From the NCBI GenBank assembly GCA_965662235.1, contig CBFIGY010000030.1, positions 1 through 37,755 of the forward strand: a stretch of 37,755 bases of DNA. Direction: 5' to 3'. Both the position numbers and the translations under genes were made by a program. The number at the start of each line of letters is the position of its first letter. The first letter of the stretch is position 1. The stretch is from an uncultured bacterium (GTDB lineage Bacteria; SAR324; NAC60-12). Below the pieces are notes generated by a model. It worked only from the letters and a program-made list of their open reading frames with translations. It did not search any database and was not told the DNA's origin. This document shows positions 9,820 to 19,391 of this stretch, one piece after another.

Positions 9820-10700
9820 TGCGCAACCGGAGTCGTTTCATCCTCTCGGACCACCCCCTGCCCTGGCTCTTTCCGCTGGTGTCGGTGCTGGTGGTGTTCA
9901 CCATCTATCCGCTGTTCTACAACATCTGGCTGAGCTTCCACGAGTACTCCACCCGCAAGCGTCGCTTGATCTCCGTGGGGTGGGACAACTGGACGCAGCT
10001 GGCCTCGGACTCCCGGTTCTGGGAGTCCTTGAGTGTGACCTTCACCTACTTTCTGGTGGCCCTGACGCTGGAGCTGGTGCTGGGGATCATCATTGCCCTG
10101 CTGCTGGATGCCGATGAGCCCACCTTTGGCATCCTCCGGGGGTTACTGACGATGACTCTGGTCATTCCTCCAGCGATTGCCGGCATGATGTTTCTGCTCA
10201 TGGAAGATGCCGAGTTTGGCATCATCAGCCTGCTGCTGCAGGACCTCGGCATTCTGGACGCGACGGAGCCGTTGCTTTCCACACCAGGAACCGCGCTGGC
10301 CGGGGTGCTCCTGGCGGAGGTGTGGCAGTGGACGCCCTTCATGGTGCTGATCTTTTTGGCCGGCTTGCGGTCGCTGCCGCAGGAGCCATTTGAGGCTGCG
10401 ATGATTGATGGCGCCTCTGGCTGGCAGATCTTTACCAAGCTGACGCTGCCGATGATGAGCAAGGTCATTGCCATTGCCATCCTCATCCGGGGCATCGACC
10501 TCTTCCGGGTCTTCGACTACGTCTTTGTGATGACCTCCGGAGGCCCAGGGACCTCTACCTACGCGCTCAGTCTGTACTCCTGGCAGCAGACGTTCAGTTT
10601 TGTCAAATGGGGTTATGGGGCCACCTTGAGTTTGGTGACCCTGCTGATTGTGCTGATCACAGCCAATCTCTTCATTAAAGTCATGAAGATCAAATGGTAA
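9819..10700 (+). CDS. Carbohydrate ABC transporter permease
   Basis: Multiple TM segments; VWQWTPF and EAAMIDGAS EAA motif. Confidence 0.93.
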   Translation: MRNRSRFILSDHPLPWLFPLVSVLVVFTIYPLFYNIWLSFHEYSTRKRRLISVGWDNWTQLASDSRFWESLSVTFTYFLVALTLELVLGIIIALLLDADEPTFGILRGLLTMTLVIPPAIAGMMFLLMEDAEFGIISLLLQDLGILDATEPLLSTPGTALAGVLLAEVWQWTPFMVLIFLAGLRSLPQEPFEAAMIDGASGWQIFTKLTLPMMSKVIAIAILIRGIDLFRVFDYVFVMTSGGPGTSTYALSLYSWQQTFSFVKWGYGATLSLVTLLIVLITANLFIKVMKIKW

Positions 10701-10704
10701 GGCT

Positions 10705-11577
10705 ATGACGGGGAAACGCCTGTTGCGCATTGGAGCCGCCTGGGCCGTGGTGCTGACCTTCTTCTTTCCGATCTACTACTGGACGACGGTGGCGTTCAAA
10801 CCGGGAAAGGAGGTCTTTACCAAGGATCCGGCCCTCTTCTTCTTCAATCCGACCTTTGAGAACTTTGAGAAGGTCTTTGGCATTTCCCTCGGCTTTGGCT
10901 TTGGATCGCAGTCAACGGTTACGCCCGGAGGAGGAAACTTCTACATGGCGCCGCGGCTGTGGGACACCATTGTGGTCGCAGTGGGGTCCACGTTCTGTGC
11001 GGTGCTGATTGCCACCTTGGCGGCTTATGCGCTTTCGCGCATCCGTTTCAAAGGCCGGCATCAGTTTGTCGCTTGGGTGCTTTCCACCCGGATGATGCCA
11101 CCGGTTGCTGTGGCCGTGCCCATGTTCTTCATCTATAAGGAGTTCGGCCTGCTGGACTCCTACCTGGGCATCATCCTCATACACACCATCATGAATCTCC
11201 CATTGGCGGTTCTGTTGCTCAAGAGCTTCTTTGACGACATTCCCGCAGAGATTGATGAGAGCGCCATGATCGATGGCGCCACCCGCTGGGAGATCTTCTG
11301 GAAGGTGGTGCTTCCCATGGCTCGAGGGGGGCTGGCGGCCACCGCCGTGCTGTGCTTCATCTTCAGCTGGACGGAGTTCCTGTTTGTGCTGACGCTGACG
11401 CAGACCAGCCTCAAAACCGTGCCGGTTGTGTCTTCAACCTTTGTCACCTCCATTGGCACCGCTTGGGGAAACATGGCTGCTTTGGGAGCAGCCTCCATCA
11501 TCCCCGCCTTCATCTTCATCCTATTGGTTCAAAAGCACCTGGTCCGCGGGTTGACCATGGGCTCCTTGAAGCAATAG
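10705..11577 (+). CDS. Carbohydrate ABC transporter permease
   Basis: AAYALSR, RMMPP and ESAMIDGATRWEIF EAA loop; C-terminal LVRGLTMGSLK. Confidence 0.93.
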   Translation: MTGKRLLRIGAAWAVVLTFFFPIYYWTTVAFKPGKEVFTKDPALFFFNPTFENFEKVFGISLGFGFGSQSTVTPGGGNFYMAPRLWDTIVVAVGSTFCAVLIATLAAYALSRIRFKGRHQFVAWVLSTRMMPPVAVAVPMFFIYKEFGLLDSYLGIILIHTIMNLPLAVLLLKSFFDDIPAEIDESAMIDGATRWEIFWKVVLPMARGGLAATAVLCFIFSWTEFLFVLTLTQTSLKTVPVVSSTFVTSIGTAWGNMAALGAASIIPAFIFILLVQKHLVRGLTMGSLKQ

Positions 11578-11651
11578 TTCCCCCGGCCCGTCTCGGGCCA
11601 CAATCCCTCGGCAGCAATGCCGGACCCTAGAGGTAGAGCTTAGAGGTAACT

Positions 11652-13139
11652 ATGATGGATCAAACAAGAAAAGAGCATCTGGCGAACATCACGGACAAGT
11701 ACGTGAAGGGCCAGATGAATCGCCGGAATTTCATGAAGAATGCCGCCAAGCTCGGCTTGGGAGTGGGAGCCATGGCCTATGGCATGGGTGGGCGTCCGTT
11801 CCTGAAAACCGCTCAGGCGGCCGACCTGCAGCCCTCTGAGGAGGTCCTGAGCTGGCTCCGGGATGTTGGCAAGCCGTTCCGGGGAACCACCCTGAAGCTG
11901 GCCACCGAGTCCACGCCACCGTCCAATGCCATTGCCACCCAGCTGAAGCAGTACTTCGAGGAAGCCTCTGGAATCAAGATTGAGATCGAGGTCCTGCCCC
12001 TTGAGCAGGTTCTGCAGAAGCTCACCCTGGACGTGGCCTCCAGTCTGGGCACCTACGACCTCTACTACATCGACCAAAGCTGGGCCGCCAGCTTCTCCCG
12101 GGACGTCTTCGATCCGCGGGAACAGTATCAGAATGCGGACCTCGCCATGCCGAACTACAACCTAGACGACTTCCTGCCTGCGCTGGTGGACGGGATCGCC
12201 AAGTATGAGGACCGCTGGGTTGGTGTGCCCTACGACATCCCGATCTTCATCATGATCTACCGCAAGGACATCTATGAGAAGTTCGGACTGAGCGCCCCCA
12301 CGACCCTGGAGCAGCTCTATGAGAACTCCAAGATCATCACTGACGAGATGGGCCCGAACATGTACGGCACCTCAGGTCAGATGAAGTCGGGACACTACAG
12401 CCTCGAGTGCGACTGGACGGCCTGGCTGTGGGGACACGGAGGCTCGATCTTTGGACCAGACGGCAAGTTCACCGGAAACGATGCAGCCGGCCTTGCGGCA
12501 ATGGACTACTGGACGAAGCTGGAAAAGACCATGCCTCCGGGCGTGCACGGCTGGACCTGGGACGGACAGGGCCAATCGGTGGCACAGGGCGTGGCCGCGT
12601 CGATGCTCAGCTGGGGTGAGTTCTTCCCCTTCTTTGACGACCCGAACGCGACCAAGGTGTCTGGACTTTGTGAAGCCGTGGTGCCGCCGCAACCGATCGC
12701 GCTGCGGAACAGTTCCCAGACCGGATACGGAGAGATCCCCGGTGTCGGTCACCAGGGGGGAAGCTCCCTGGCCGTGTCTCGTTACTCCAAGAACGTGGAT
12801 GCTGCGTGGATCTTCATGCAGTGGGCGACCTGTGCTGACACGCAGGCCCTCATCACCACCCTCGGAGGCGGAACAGGGCCCACCCGGACCAGCGTCTATG
12901 ACGATCCGCGCGTCAAGGCCAACGCTCGCGTCGGCGCCGGCACCACCCGGCACCTGGACGTGGTCCGCGAGACCATTGCCAACCACATGGGCTCTGAGCC
13001 GGATCTGCCCGAATGGGCGGAAATTTCCAGCGACACGATCCCGGTGGCCCTGGGCAAGTACTTCGCTGGAGACTATTCCTCACCGAAAGCCCTCCTCGAT
13101 GACATCAAGCAGCAGGTTGACGACATCGTTGAAGGTTAA
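11652..13139 (+). CDS. Carbohydrate ABC transporter solute-binding protein with Tat signal
   Basis: MNRRNFMK twin-arginine motif; family 1 SBP features (GVPYD, YRKD, GGSSLAVS); RBS GAGGT. Confidence 0.9.
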   Translation: MMDQTRKEHLANITDKYVKGQMNRRNFMKNAAKLGLGVGAMAYGMGGRPFLKTAQAADLQPSEEVLSWLRDVGKPFRGTTLKLATESTPPSNAIATQLKQYFEEASGIKIEIEVLPLEQVLQKLTLDVASSLGTYDLYYIDQSWAASFSRDVFDPREQYQNADLAMPNYNLDDFLPALVDGIAKYEDRWVGVPYDIPIFIMIYRKDIYEKFGLSAPTTLEQLYENSKIITDEMGPNMYGTSGQMKSGHYSLECDWTAWLWGHGGSIFGPDGKFTGNDAAGLAAMDYWTKLEKTMPPGVHGWTWDGQGQSVAQGVAASMLSWGEFFPFFDDPNATKVSGLCEAVVPPQPIALRNSSQTGYGEIPGVGHQGGSSLAVSRYSKNVDAAWIFMQWATCADTQALITTLGGGTGPTRTSVYDDPRVKANARVGAGTTRHLDVVRETIANHMGSEPDLPEWAEISSDTIPVALGKYFAGDYSSPKALLDDIKQQVDDIVEG

Positions 13140-13146
13140 TTGACCT

Positions 13147-13171
13147 GAGCCGCAGGCGGGTCCTGCGGCTC
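13147..13171 (+). terminator. Intercistronic stem-loop after the SBP gene (mRNA stabiliser or weak terminator)
   Basis: Perfect 10-bp stem GAGCCGCAGG-cgggt-CCTGCGGCTC followed by CTTTCTT. Confidence 0.6.
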
Positions 13172-13192
13172 CTTTCTTCACTCAGGAGGAAC

Positions 13193-13918
13193 ATGGCAGA
13201 AAAACCCCTTGTCGCCATCACCGGCGCCAGCTCCGGGATTGGGGAAGCAACCGCCCGGGCCTTTTCAGATGCGGGGCATCCGCTGCTTCTCATGGCCCGG
13301 AGGCTGGACCGGATGGAGGCCCTCAACCTTCCCAACACCCTCTGCAAGCAGGTGGACGTTCGGGATCGCCAGGCGGTGGCAGAAGCCGTTGCTGAGGCTG
13401 AAGCCCTGTATGGTCCCACCGACCTGATGTTCTGCAACGCCGGCATTGCGCGGCTTGGAGACATTGGCGCCCAGGATCCGGATGACTGGGATGAGATGAT
13501 CGACATCAACATCCGCGGGGTGATGTATTCCGTTCATGCGGTCATGAAGGGCATGATGGAGCGCCGGCATGGGACGTTGGTGATGATGAGTTCCATTGCG
13601 GGACGCAAGGTGTATCCAGACCACACCGTCTACTGTGGCACCAAGTTCTTTGTGCATGGTGTGTCGGAAAGCCTGCGCGAGTACCTGTCGGAGTATGACG
13701 TCCGGGTGCTGGTGCTCTCTCCCGGGATCATTGAGACCGAGGTGCTGGACCACGTCAAGGACCCGCAGACGCTGGCCAACTACAAGGCCAATAAGGTCGC
13801 CATCGGCGGCGGCATTTCTTCAGACTATGTCGCTCAACTCATCCTAGACGCGTATCAGCTGCCGCAAACGGCGCTGGTGCAGGAAATTTGTGTGACGCCG
13901 ACCCGGCAGAAATACTGA
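13193..13918 (+). CDS. SDR family oxidoreductase
   Basis: TGASSGIG, ARR, CNAG, SSIAG and YCGTK (YxxxK); RBS AGGAGG. Confidence 0.92.
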   Translation: MAEKPLVAITGASSGIGEATARAFSDAGHPLLLMARRLDRMEALNLPNTLCKQVDVRDRQAVAEAVAEAEALYGPTDLMFCNAGIARLGDIGAQDPDDWDEMIDINIRGVMYSVHAVMKGMMERRHGTLVMMSSIAGRKVYPDHTVYCGTKFFVHGVSESLREYLSEYDVRVLVLSPGIIETEVLDHVKDPQTLANYKANKVAIGGGISSDYVAQLILDAYQLPQTALVQEICVTPTRQKY

Positions 13919-13928
13919 ACAGAGCGCC

Positions 13929-14996
13929 ATGTCTACTGTTGAATTCCAGAACATCAGCAAGTCCTTCGGGAGCACACAGGTCCTCAAGGAGGTTTCCTTC
14001 AAGATTGAGGACCATGAGTTTGTGGTCCTGCTCGGACCATCGGGGTGTGGAAAGACCACGCTGCTGCGCATGACCGCGGGCTTGGAGAGTGTCACCGGAG
14101 GAGACCTCCTCATTGGCGGGGAACGGGTCAACTCCGTTCACCCCCGAGACCGGAACATTGCGATGGTGTTCCAGAACTACGCGCTCTACCCGACCATGAA
14201 GGTGGATGACAACATCGCCTTCAGCCTCACCATCAACAAGTCCCCCTTGGAGAAGATCCGGGAGAAGGTGGAGTGGGCCGCCGGCATCTTGAACCTCAAG
14301 CCCTACCTCCAGCGGTTCCCCAAGGAACTCTCCGGTGGACAGCGCCAGCGTGTGGCCATGGGACGGGCCATGGTCCGGGAAGCCGGGGTGTTTCTCTTCG
14401 ATGAGCCCCTCTCGAACCTAGACGCTAAGCTCCGGGCGCAGATGCGCATGGAAATCCGCCAGCTCCATGATAAGCTGAAGACCACGACCATTTATGTGAC
14501 CCATGACCAGATTGAAGCCATGACCATGGCGGATAAAATCGTGGTCATGAACTCAGGGAAGATTGAGCAGATCGGCTCTCCTGACGAAGTCTATGAGCGT
14601 CCCGTTAGCATGTATGTCGCGGATTTCATTGGCTCTCCCTCCATGAACTTTCTGGAGGGCCGGGTCCTTGAAGACGGCGGCGCGTACTACTTCGCAGGTG
14701 CTGGAATGCGCCTGCCGCTGGGCGCTGAAGCCGCTGCGTTTGCGGGGAAACCCGTGGTGGGAGGCATCCGACCGACCGAAATCGGCCTCACCCAATCGTC
14801 ACAGTCGCCTGTTAAAATTGTTTACAAGGAACGCACCGGGGCCGACGTGAACCTGTTTTCTGAAGCCGAAGGGCAAGAGGTTCGCATCAGTGTCCCCAAG
14901 GATACGGCGATCACCGTGGGCGACACCGTCACCCTGCAGATTGACGCCCGCAAGCTACACCTCTTTGATCCGGTAACGGAAGCGCGAATCAACTAA
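13929..14996 (+). CDS. Carbohydrate ABC transporter ATP-binding protein (MalK-like)
   Basis: GPSGCGKT, LSGGQRQR, DEPLSNLD and VTHDQ. Confidence 0.95.
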   Translation: MSTVEFQNISKSFGSTQVLKEVSFKIEDHEFVVLLGPSGCGKTTLLRMTAGLESVTGGDLLIGGERVNSVHPRDRNIAMVFQNYALYPTMKVDDNIAFSLTINKSPLEKIREKVEWAAGILNLKPYLQRFPKELSGGQRQRVAMGRAMVREAGVFLFDEPLSNLDAKLRAQMRMEIRQLHDKLKTTTIYVTHDQIEAMTMADKIVVMNSGKIEQIGSPDEVYERPVSMYVADFIGSPSMNFLEGRVLEDGGAYYFAGAGMRLPLGAEAAAFAGKPVVGGIRPTEIGLTQSSQSPVKIVYKERTGADVNLFSEAEGQEVRISVPKDTAITVGDTVTLQIDARKLHLFDPVTEARIN

Positions 14997-15021
14997 CCCC
15001 TCTCACAACAAAGGAGCTTTC

Positions 15022-15681
15022 ATGACCAAGGCCGAAAAAGAACTACGGCAAGAAATCATCAACCAGTGCCTGTGGATGAACTCCTCCGGGCTCAACCAGG
15101 GAACCTCTGGCAACATCTCGGCCCGTTACAAGGACACGATGCTGATCACGCCGAGCGGCATTCCGTATGACCAGCTCAAGCCAGAGATGATGGCCGCCAT
15201 GCCCCTCGACGGTGAGTACGGCAGCTGGGAAGGTCCGCTCAAGCCATCGACCGAGTGGCGCTTCCACCTTGACATCATGAAGGCCCGAGACGACGTCAAC
15301 AGCGTGGTCCACACCCACTCCACCTTTGCCACCAGCGTTGCCATCACCGGACGGGAGATCCCGGCCTGCCACTACATGATTGCAGCAGCCGGAGGCGCCA
15401 CCATTCGCTGTGCGCCTTATGCCCGCTTTGGCACCGAGCAGCTTTCCAAAAATGCGTTGGAGGCCCTAGAAGGTCGAACAGGCTGCCTGCTCGCCAATCA
15501 CGGAGTGATCGCAACCGGAAGCTCCTTGGCCAAAGCCATGTGGCTGGCTGTGGAAATCGAGACGCTGGCGAAGCAGTACTTCTACAGCGCTCTCCTCGGA
15601 GGCGCTGCCATTCTGACCAACGAGCAGATTGACGAAACGATCAAGGGAATGGCCAACTACGGGCTCCAGGATCCCAAGTAA
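15022..15681 (+). CDS. Class II aldolase (L-fuculose-phosphate aldolase-like)
   Basis: GTSGNIS, ITPSG, PSTEWRFH, VVHTHS and LLANHG Zn-binding motifs; RBS AAGGAG. Confidence 0.9.
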   Translation: MTKAEKELRQEIINQCLWMNSSGLNQGTSGNISARYKDTMLITPSGIPYDQLKPEMMAAMPLDGEYGSWEGPLKPSTEWRFHLDIMKARDDVNSVVHTHSTFATSVAITGREIPACHYMIAAAGGATIRCAPYARFGTEQLSKNALEALEGRTGCLLANHGVIATGSSLAKAMWLAVEIETLAKQYFYSALLGGAAILTNEQIDETIKGMANYGLQDPK

Positions 15682-15928
15682 CCGGCATGGTCATCGACCT
15701 GTTTCCGCACGCCCAATCCTGTCTCTCTCTCCTATCACCATGATTGGGGCGTGTGAAGTAGCAGCCGGAACCTCTGTTCCGGTGGCTGCCGCCCAGCGGA
15801 CGGTGGCGAAGTAACCTCCGCCTTCTTTCTCATGTCCTCTCCTGGGCAGGGTTCAGGTGTCCCCTGGGTCCTGCCCGACATGAGGGGCGTCTCTTTGCGC
15901 AACCCGTCATCCCTGTGGCCCCCCTCTC

Positions 15929-16990
15929 ATGTCTTCTGACTCCCTGCAGACGTTTCCTCAGACAGAGGAGTACCAACGCTTTCTCGCCCTCTCAGCAGAG
16001 CTGGGTTCCAACCCCCTGCTGGTACAGGCGGCCGGAGGCAACACGTCCCTCAAGCACGACGAGCACCTGTGGGTCAAGGCCTCTGGCACCTGGCTCTCTG
16101 AAGCCACCACCCGCCCGATCATGGTGCCGGTGGATCTGAAGACGCTGCAGGAGGCTCTGGCGCAGCAGGCTCCAGAAGCCGAGCATCCGCAAAACTTCAG
16201 CCTGGCCCCCGAAGGAGCACTCCGTCCATCCATTGAAACGGTGGTGCACGCGGTGATGCCCCAAAAGGTGGTCCTGCACGTTCACTGCGTGGAAACCATT
16301 GCCTGGGCGGTTCAGGCCGATGCGGAGGCGTCGCTTCAGGAGCTGCTGGCTGCGGAGTCCTGGGCCTTTGTCCCCTACACCCGTCCCGGACTCCCCCTAG
16401 CGCAGGCGATTCAGGAGCGCTTGACTCCGGACACCGAGGTGCTCATTCTGGGCAACCACGGTCTGGTGGTCGCGGGAGAAACCCTGGATGCGGCCCGTCA
16501 GAAGCTCTACTCCGTGCATCAGCAGCTGGCCCGGACGCGGCGTCCCGACGTCTCGGCGCCAGTGGAGGCCCTGCGGTCTTACCTCAAGGACACCCCCTAC
16601 CGGCTTGCCGAAGACGCGGTGCATGGTTTGGCAATGGACCCCCTTTCCCTGAGACTGGCCGCCTCTGGCTCCATGTATCCGGACCACGTCATCTTCCTGG
16701 GGTCCGGACTGCAGGTTCTGCCTGCAGGAGGTTCCCTGACGGACTACCTGGAGCGCTTTGGAGACGAGCTTCCGAAAGCCGTTGTGGTGGAATCCACGGG
16801 TGTGCTCATCCACAACGCTGCGCCTCGCGGGGTCGATGAGATGCTGCTGGGGCTCAAGGAAGTGACCGCCCGCCTCCGCGCAGAGGACGGCATCCGGAAG
16901 CTGGATGTTGATCAGGAAGCCGCGCTGCTGAACTGGGACGCCGAAAAGTACCGGCAACGGCTGGCCCAGCTCCAGGAGCAAGGCGCCTGA
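15929..16990 (+). CDS. Class II aldolase/adducin family protein (long, RhaD-N-like type)
   Basis: AGGNTSLK, VKASG, RPSIETVVH, VLHVH, LGNHG and YPDHVIFLG. Confidence 0.85.
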   Translation: MSSDSLQTFPQTEEYQRFLALSAELGSNPLLVQAAGGNTSLKHDEHLWVKASGTWLSEATTRPIMVPVDLKTLQEALAQQAPEAEHPQNFSLAPEGALRPSIETVVHAVMPQKVVLHVHCVETIAWAVQADAEASLQELLAAESWAFVPYTRPGLPLAQAIQERLTPDTEVLILGNHGLVVAGETLDAARQKLYSVHQQLARTRRPDVSAPVEALRSYLKDTPYRLAEDAVHGLAMDPLSLRLAASGSMYPDHVIFLGSGLQVLPAGGSLTDYLERFGDELPKAVVVESTGVLIHNAAPRGVDEMLLGLKEVTARLRAEDGIRKLDVDQEAALLNWDAEKYRQRLAQLQEQGA

Positions 16991-17024
16991 GCCGAAGACC
17001 GCCTCCCTTTTTTGACGATGTTAC

Positions 17025-18317
17025 ATGACCAACTCACACGATTCGCTTTGCCTGGGAATTGACTTTGGCACCTCCGGCGTCCGCGCCATTCTGATGGACG
17101 CACAGCAGCAGGTGGTGGGGCAGCACAACACCCCCATGCGGGCCGGAGGCGACAACCCCCGGGCCCCTGAGGTCTGGTGGAAGACGCTCGAACTCACCCT
17201 GCAGGGGCTTCGAGAAGCCCATCCGGAAGCCGTGGCTCAGGTCCGAGCCCTTGCCATTGACGGAACCTCTGGAACCCTGCTGCCGATTGACGCGTCCGGA
17301 CAGCCGCTCACAGACGCCCTCATGTACAACGACCCGGTTACCGATCCGGGCATCCTGGAGGCGATTGCCCAAGAAGCCCCCAAGGAGAGCGCGGCTCATG
17401 GCGCAACCTCCGGACTGGCCAAGGTGATCCAGCTGCAAACGACTCCGGGCGCCCACAAGGTCCTGCATCAGGCAGATTGGGCTGCAGGGCGGCTGCTGGG
17501 GGTCTTTCAGTACAGTGACGAAAACAATGCTCTCAAAACCGGATACGACCCAATTGCTCGGGCTTGGCCTGAGTGGCTGAGCCGGACCCCGGTGCAGCTT
17601 GAGCAGCTTCCGGAAGTGAAGGAGCCGGGCACGCCCTTGGGTCCGCTTGCCGCCACCTGGGCAGAAGCGTTTGGGCTCTCGGCAGAGACCCTGGTGGTGG
17701 CTGGATCCACAGATGGATGCGCGGCGTTTTTGGCAACCGGTGCTTCTGAGGTGGGAGACGGTGTGACCTCGCTGGGGTCCACCCTGGTCGTCAAGTTGCT
17801 GAGTGAGGCGCCCCTCTTTGCTCCGGAGTTTGGAATCTACAGCCACCGGCTCGGTTCGGTGTGGCTGGCTGGAGGCGCGTCCAACACCGGAGGCGCGGTG
17901 CTGGCCCACTACTTCAGCAACGAGGAACTGCAGGCCCTCACACCAGCTCTGCAGCCGGATTCACCAACCGGTCTGGACTACTACCCCCTATTGAAGCCGG
18001 GGGAGCGCTTTCCCTTCAATGACCCCCACCTGAGTCCGCGTCTTGAGCCACGTCCGGAAGAGGCGGTTCTCTTTCTGCAGGGCATGCTGGAGGGCATGGC
18101 CCGAGTGGAGACCCTGGCGTACCGTCAGCTGATGCTGCTGGGAGCCCCGGCCCTGAAGTCCGTCCGTACCGTTGGCGGTGGCGCGAACAATCCTGCGTGG
18201 ACAGAGATCCGTCGGCAGGGGCTGCAGGTACCCATGCAACCGGTGGCGTCTGAGGCAGCGGCGTCTGGTGCAGCACGGCTGGCGTGGCAGGGGCTGCAGG
18301 CGCACGGAGGGGCATGA
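17025..18317 (+). CDS. FGGY carbohydrate kinase (D-ribulokinase/XK-1-like subfamily)
   Basis: GIDFGTSG, IDGTSGT, SDENNALKTGYD, GSTDGCAAF, SLGSTL and GGASNTGG. Confidence 0.88.
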   Translation: MTNSHDSLCLGIDFGTSGVRAILMDAQQQVVGQHNTPMRAGGDNPRAPEVWWKTLELTLQGLREAHPEAVAQVRALAIDGTSGTLLPIDASGQPLTDALMYNDPVTDPGILEAIAQEAPKESAAHGATSGLAKVIQLQTTPGAHKVLHQADWAAGRLLGVFQYSDENNALKTGYDPIARAWPEWLSRTPVQLEQLPEVKEPGTPLGPLAATWAEAFGLSAETLVVAGSTDGCAAFLATGASEVGDGVTSLGSTLVVKLLSEAPLFAPEFGIYSHRLGSVWLAGGASNTGGAVLAHYFSNEELQALTPALQPDSPTGLDYYPLLKPGERFPFNDPHLSPRLEPRPEEAVLFLQGMLEGMARVETLAYRQLMLLGAPALKSVRTVGGGANNPAWTEIRRQGLQVPMQPVASEAAASGAARLAWQGLQAHGGA

Positions 18318-19156
18318 AGGACGTTTTGCCCATCACTGTTGCCGGGCTGGCAGAGCAGTTTGAGGTCTTCCTGCTGGATCAATTTGGGGTGCTGCACAAT
18401 GGTCAGGAGCCTTATCCGGGAGCCATTGACGCCCTGGAACGCCTGCAGCACGCGGGCAAGCGGGTGATCCTCCTCTCGAACTCGGGCAAGCGGGCTGAGG
18501 TGAACCAGGTCCGGATGGAGCGGCTTGGGTTTGGACGCGAGCTGTTTCAACGTCTGGTCACGTCCGGAGAGGTGGCCCATGCGCTCTTTCAGGATCAGCT
18601 CGACTCCCTGGAGCTGGAGGAGGGCGCCCGGTGCCTGGTGCTGTCACGAGACACGGACCGTTCGGCCCTGAACGGCACCTCGCTTCAGGAGGTGGCCACC
18701 GCAGAGGAAGCCGAGGTGGTCATTTTGATGGGAAGTGAGGCAGATCGGGAAGCCGTTGAGGTCACCATGAAGCGGCTGCAGCCGGCTCTGGACCGGGAGC
18801 TTCCCTGCGTGTGCCTCAATCCGGACAAGTGGATGCTGACGCCCAGTGGCCTGTGTGCGGGGTCGGGCACCTTTGCCGAACGCTACGAGGCGTTGGGGGG
18901 AACCGTTCTGTGGATTGGCAAGCCCTACCCAGAGATCTACCGCTTTGCCCAGCAGCATGAACCCTTCTCTCTGGAAAACGGAGTTGCTGTGGGAGACTCC
19001 ATTGAGCACGACATCGCCGGCGCGGTACGTTTTGGCTGTGCCGGGGCACTGGTCCGTTCTGGAATCCTGGTGGAGGCGACTCCGGAGGAGCTGGAGCAGC
19101 TCATCGCAGAGCACCAAGCGCGCCCCCACTTTGAGCTGCCGACCTTCCGCTGGTAG
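18314..19156 (+). CDS. HAD-IIA hydrolase (TIGR01459-like)
   Basis: LLDQFGVLHNG, LSNS, NPD, GKP and GDSIEHDI; ATG at 18314 overlaps the upstream TGA and follows GGAGG. Confidence 0.88.
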   Translation: MKDVLPITVAGLAEQFEVFLLDQFGVLHNGQEPYPGAIDALERLQHAGKRVILLSNSGKRAEVNQVRMERLGFGRELFQRLVTSGEVAHALFQDQLDSLELEEGARCLVLSRDTDRSALNGTSLQEVATAEEAEVVILMGSEADREAVEVTMKRLQPALDRELPCVCLNPDKWMLTPSGLCAGSGTFAERYEALGGTVLWIGKPYPEIYRFAQQHEPFSLENGVAVGDSIEHDIAGAVRFGCAGALVRSGILVEATPEELEQLIAEHQARPHFELPTFRW

Positions 19157-19194
19157 CGTCTTTCCTTTTTTCCTCCCTGCCCTTCTCTCCTTCT

Positions 19195-19235
19195 CCACAG
19201 CCCCTCTTTTTCTGCACAAGAAGAAGGGGGCGTGG
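19195..19235. terminator. Stem-loop after the sugar operon
   Basis: CCACaGCCCCTCTTTTTCT...AGAAGAAGGGGGCGTGG imperfect hairpin between the HAD gene and the ugp promoter region. Confidence 0.4.
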
Positions 19236-19391
19236 GCGCTGATCAAACCTTGTTCCAAACCTGACCCTTCCTTAACGGACCCTTTACGCATCGCCAACCT
19301 CGAGGTGAGAGAGTGATGGGCTGTTGCGCAACTCAACCTGAATTGAAGGACCTCAGCTGAGGTCTTCACCTATTTGTCCGTTAGGGTAGAA

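Noticed and set aside
15022..18317. Canonical fucose, rhamnose, arabinose or DHAP-shunt pathway, and gene symbols such as fucA or xylB
   Set aside because: The required isomerases and the MtnK/MtnA-type partners are absent, so the substrate cannot be assigned
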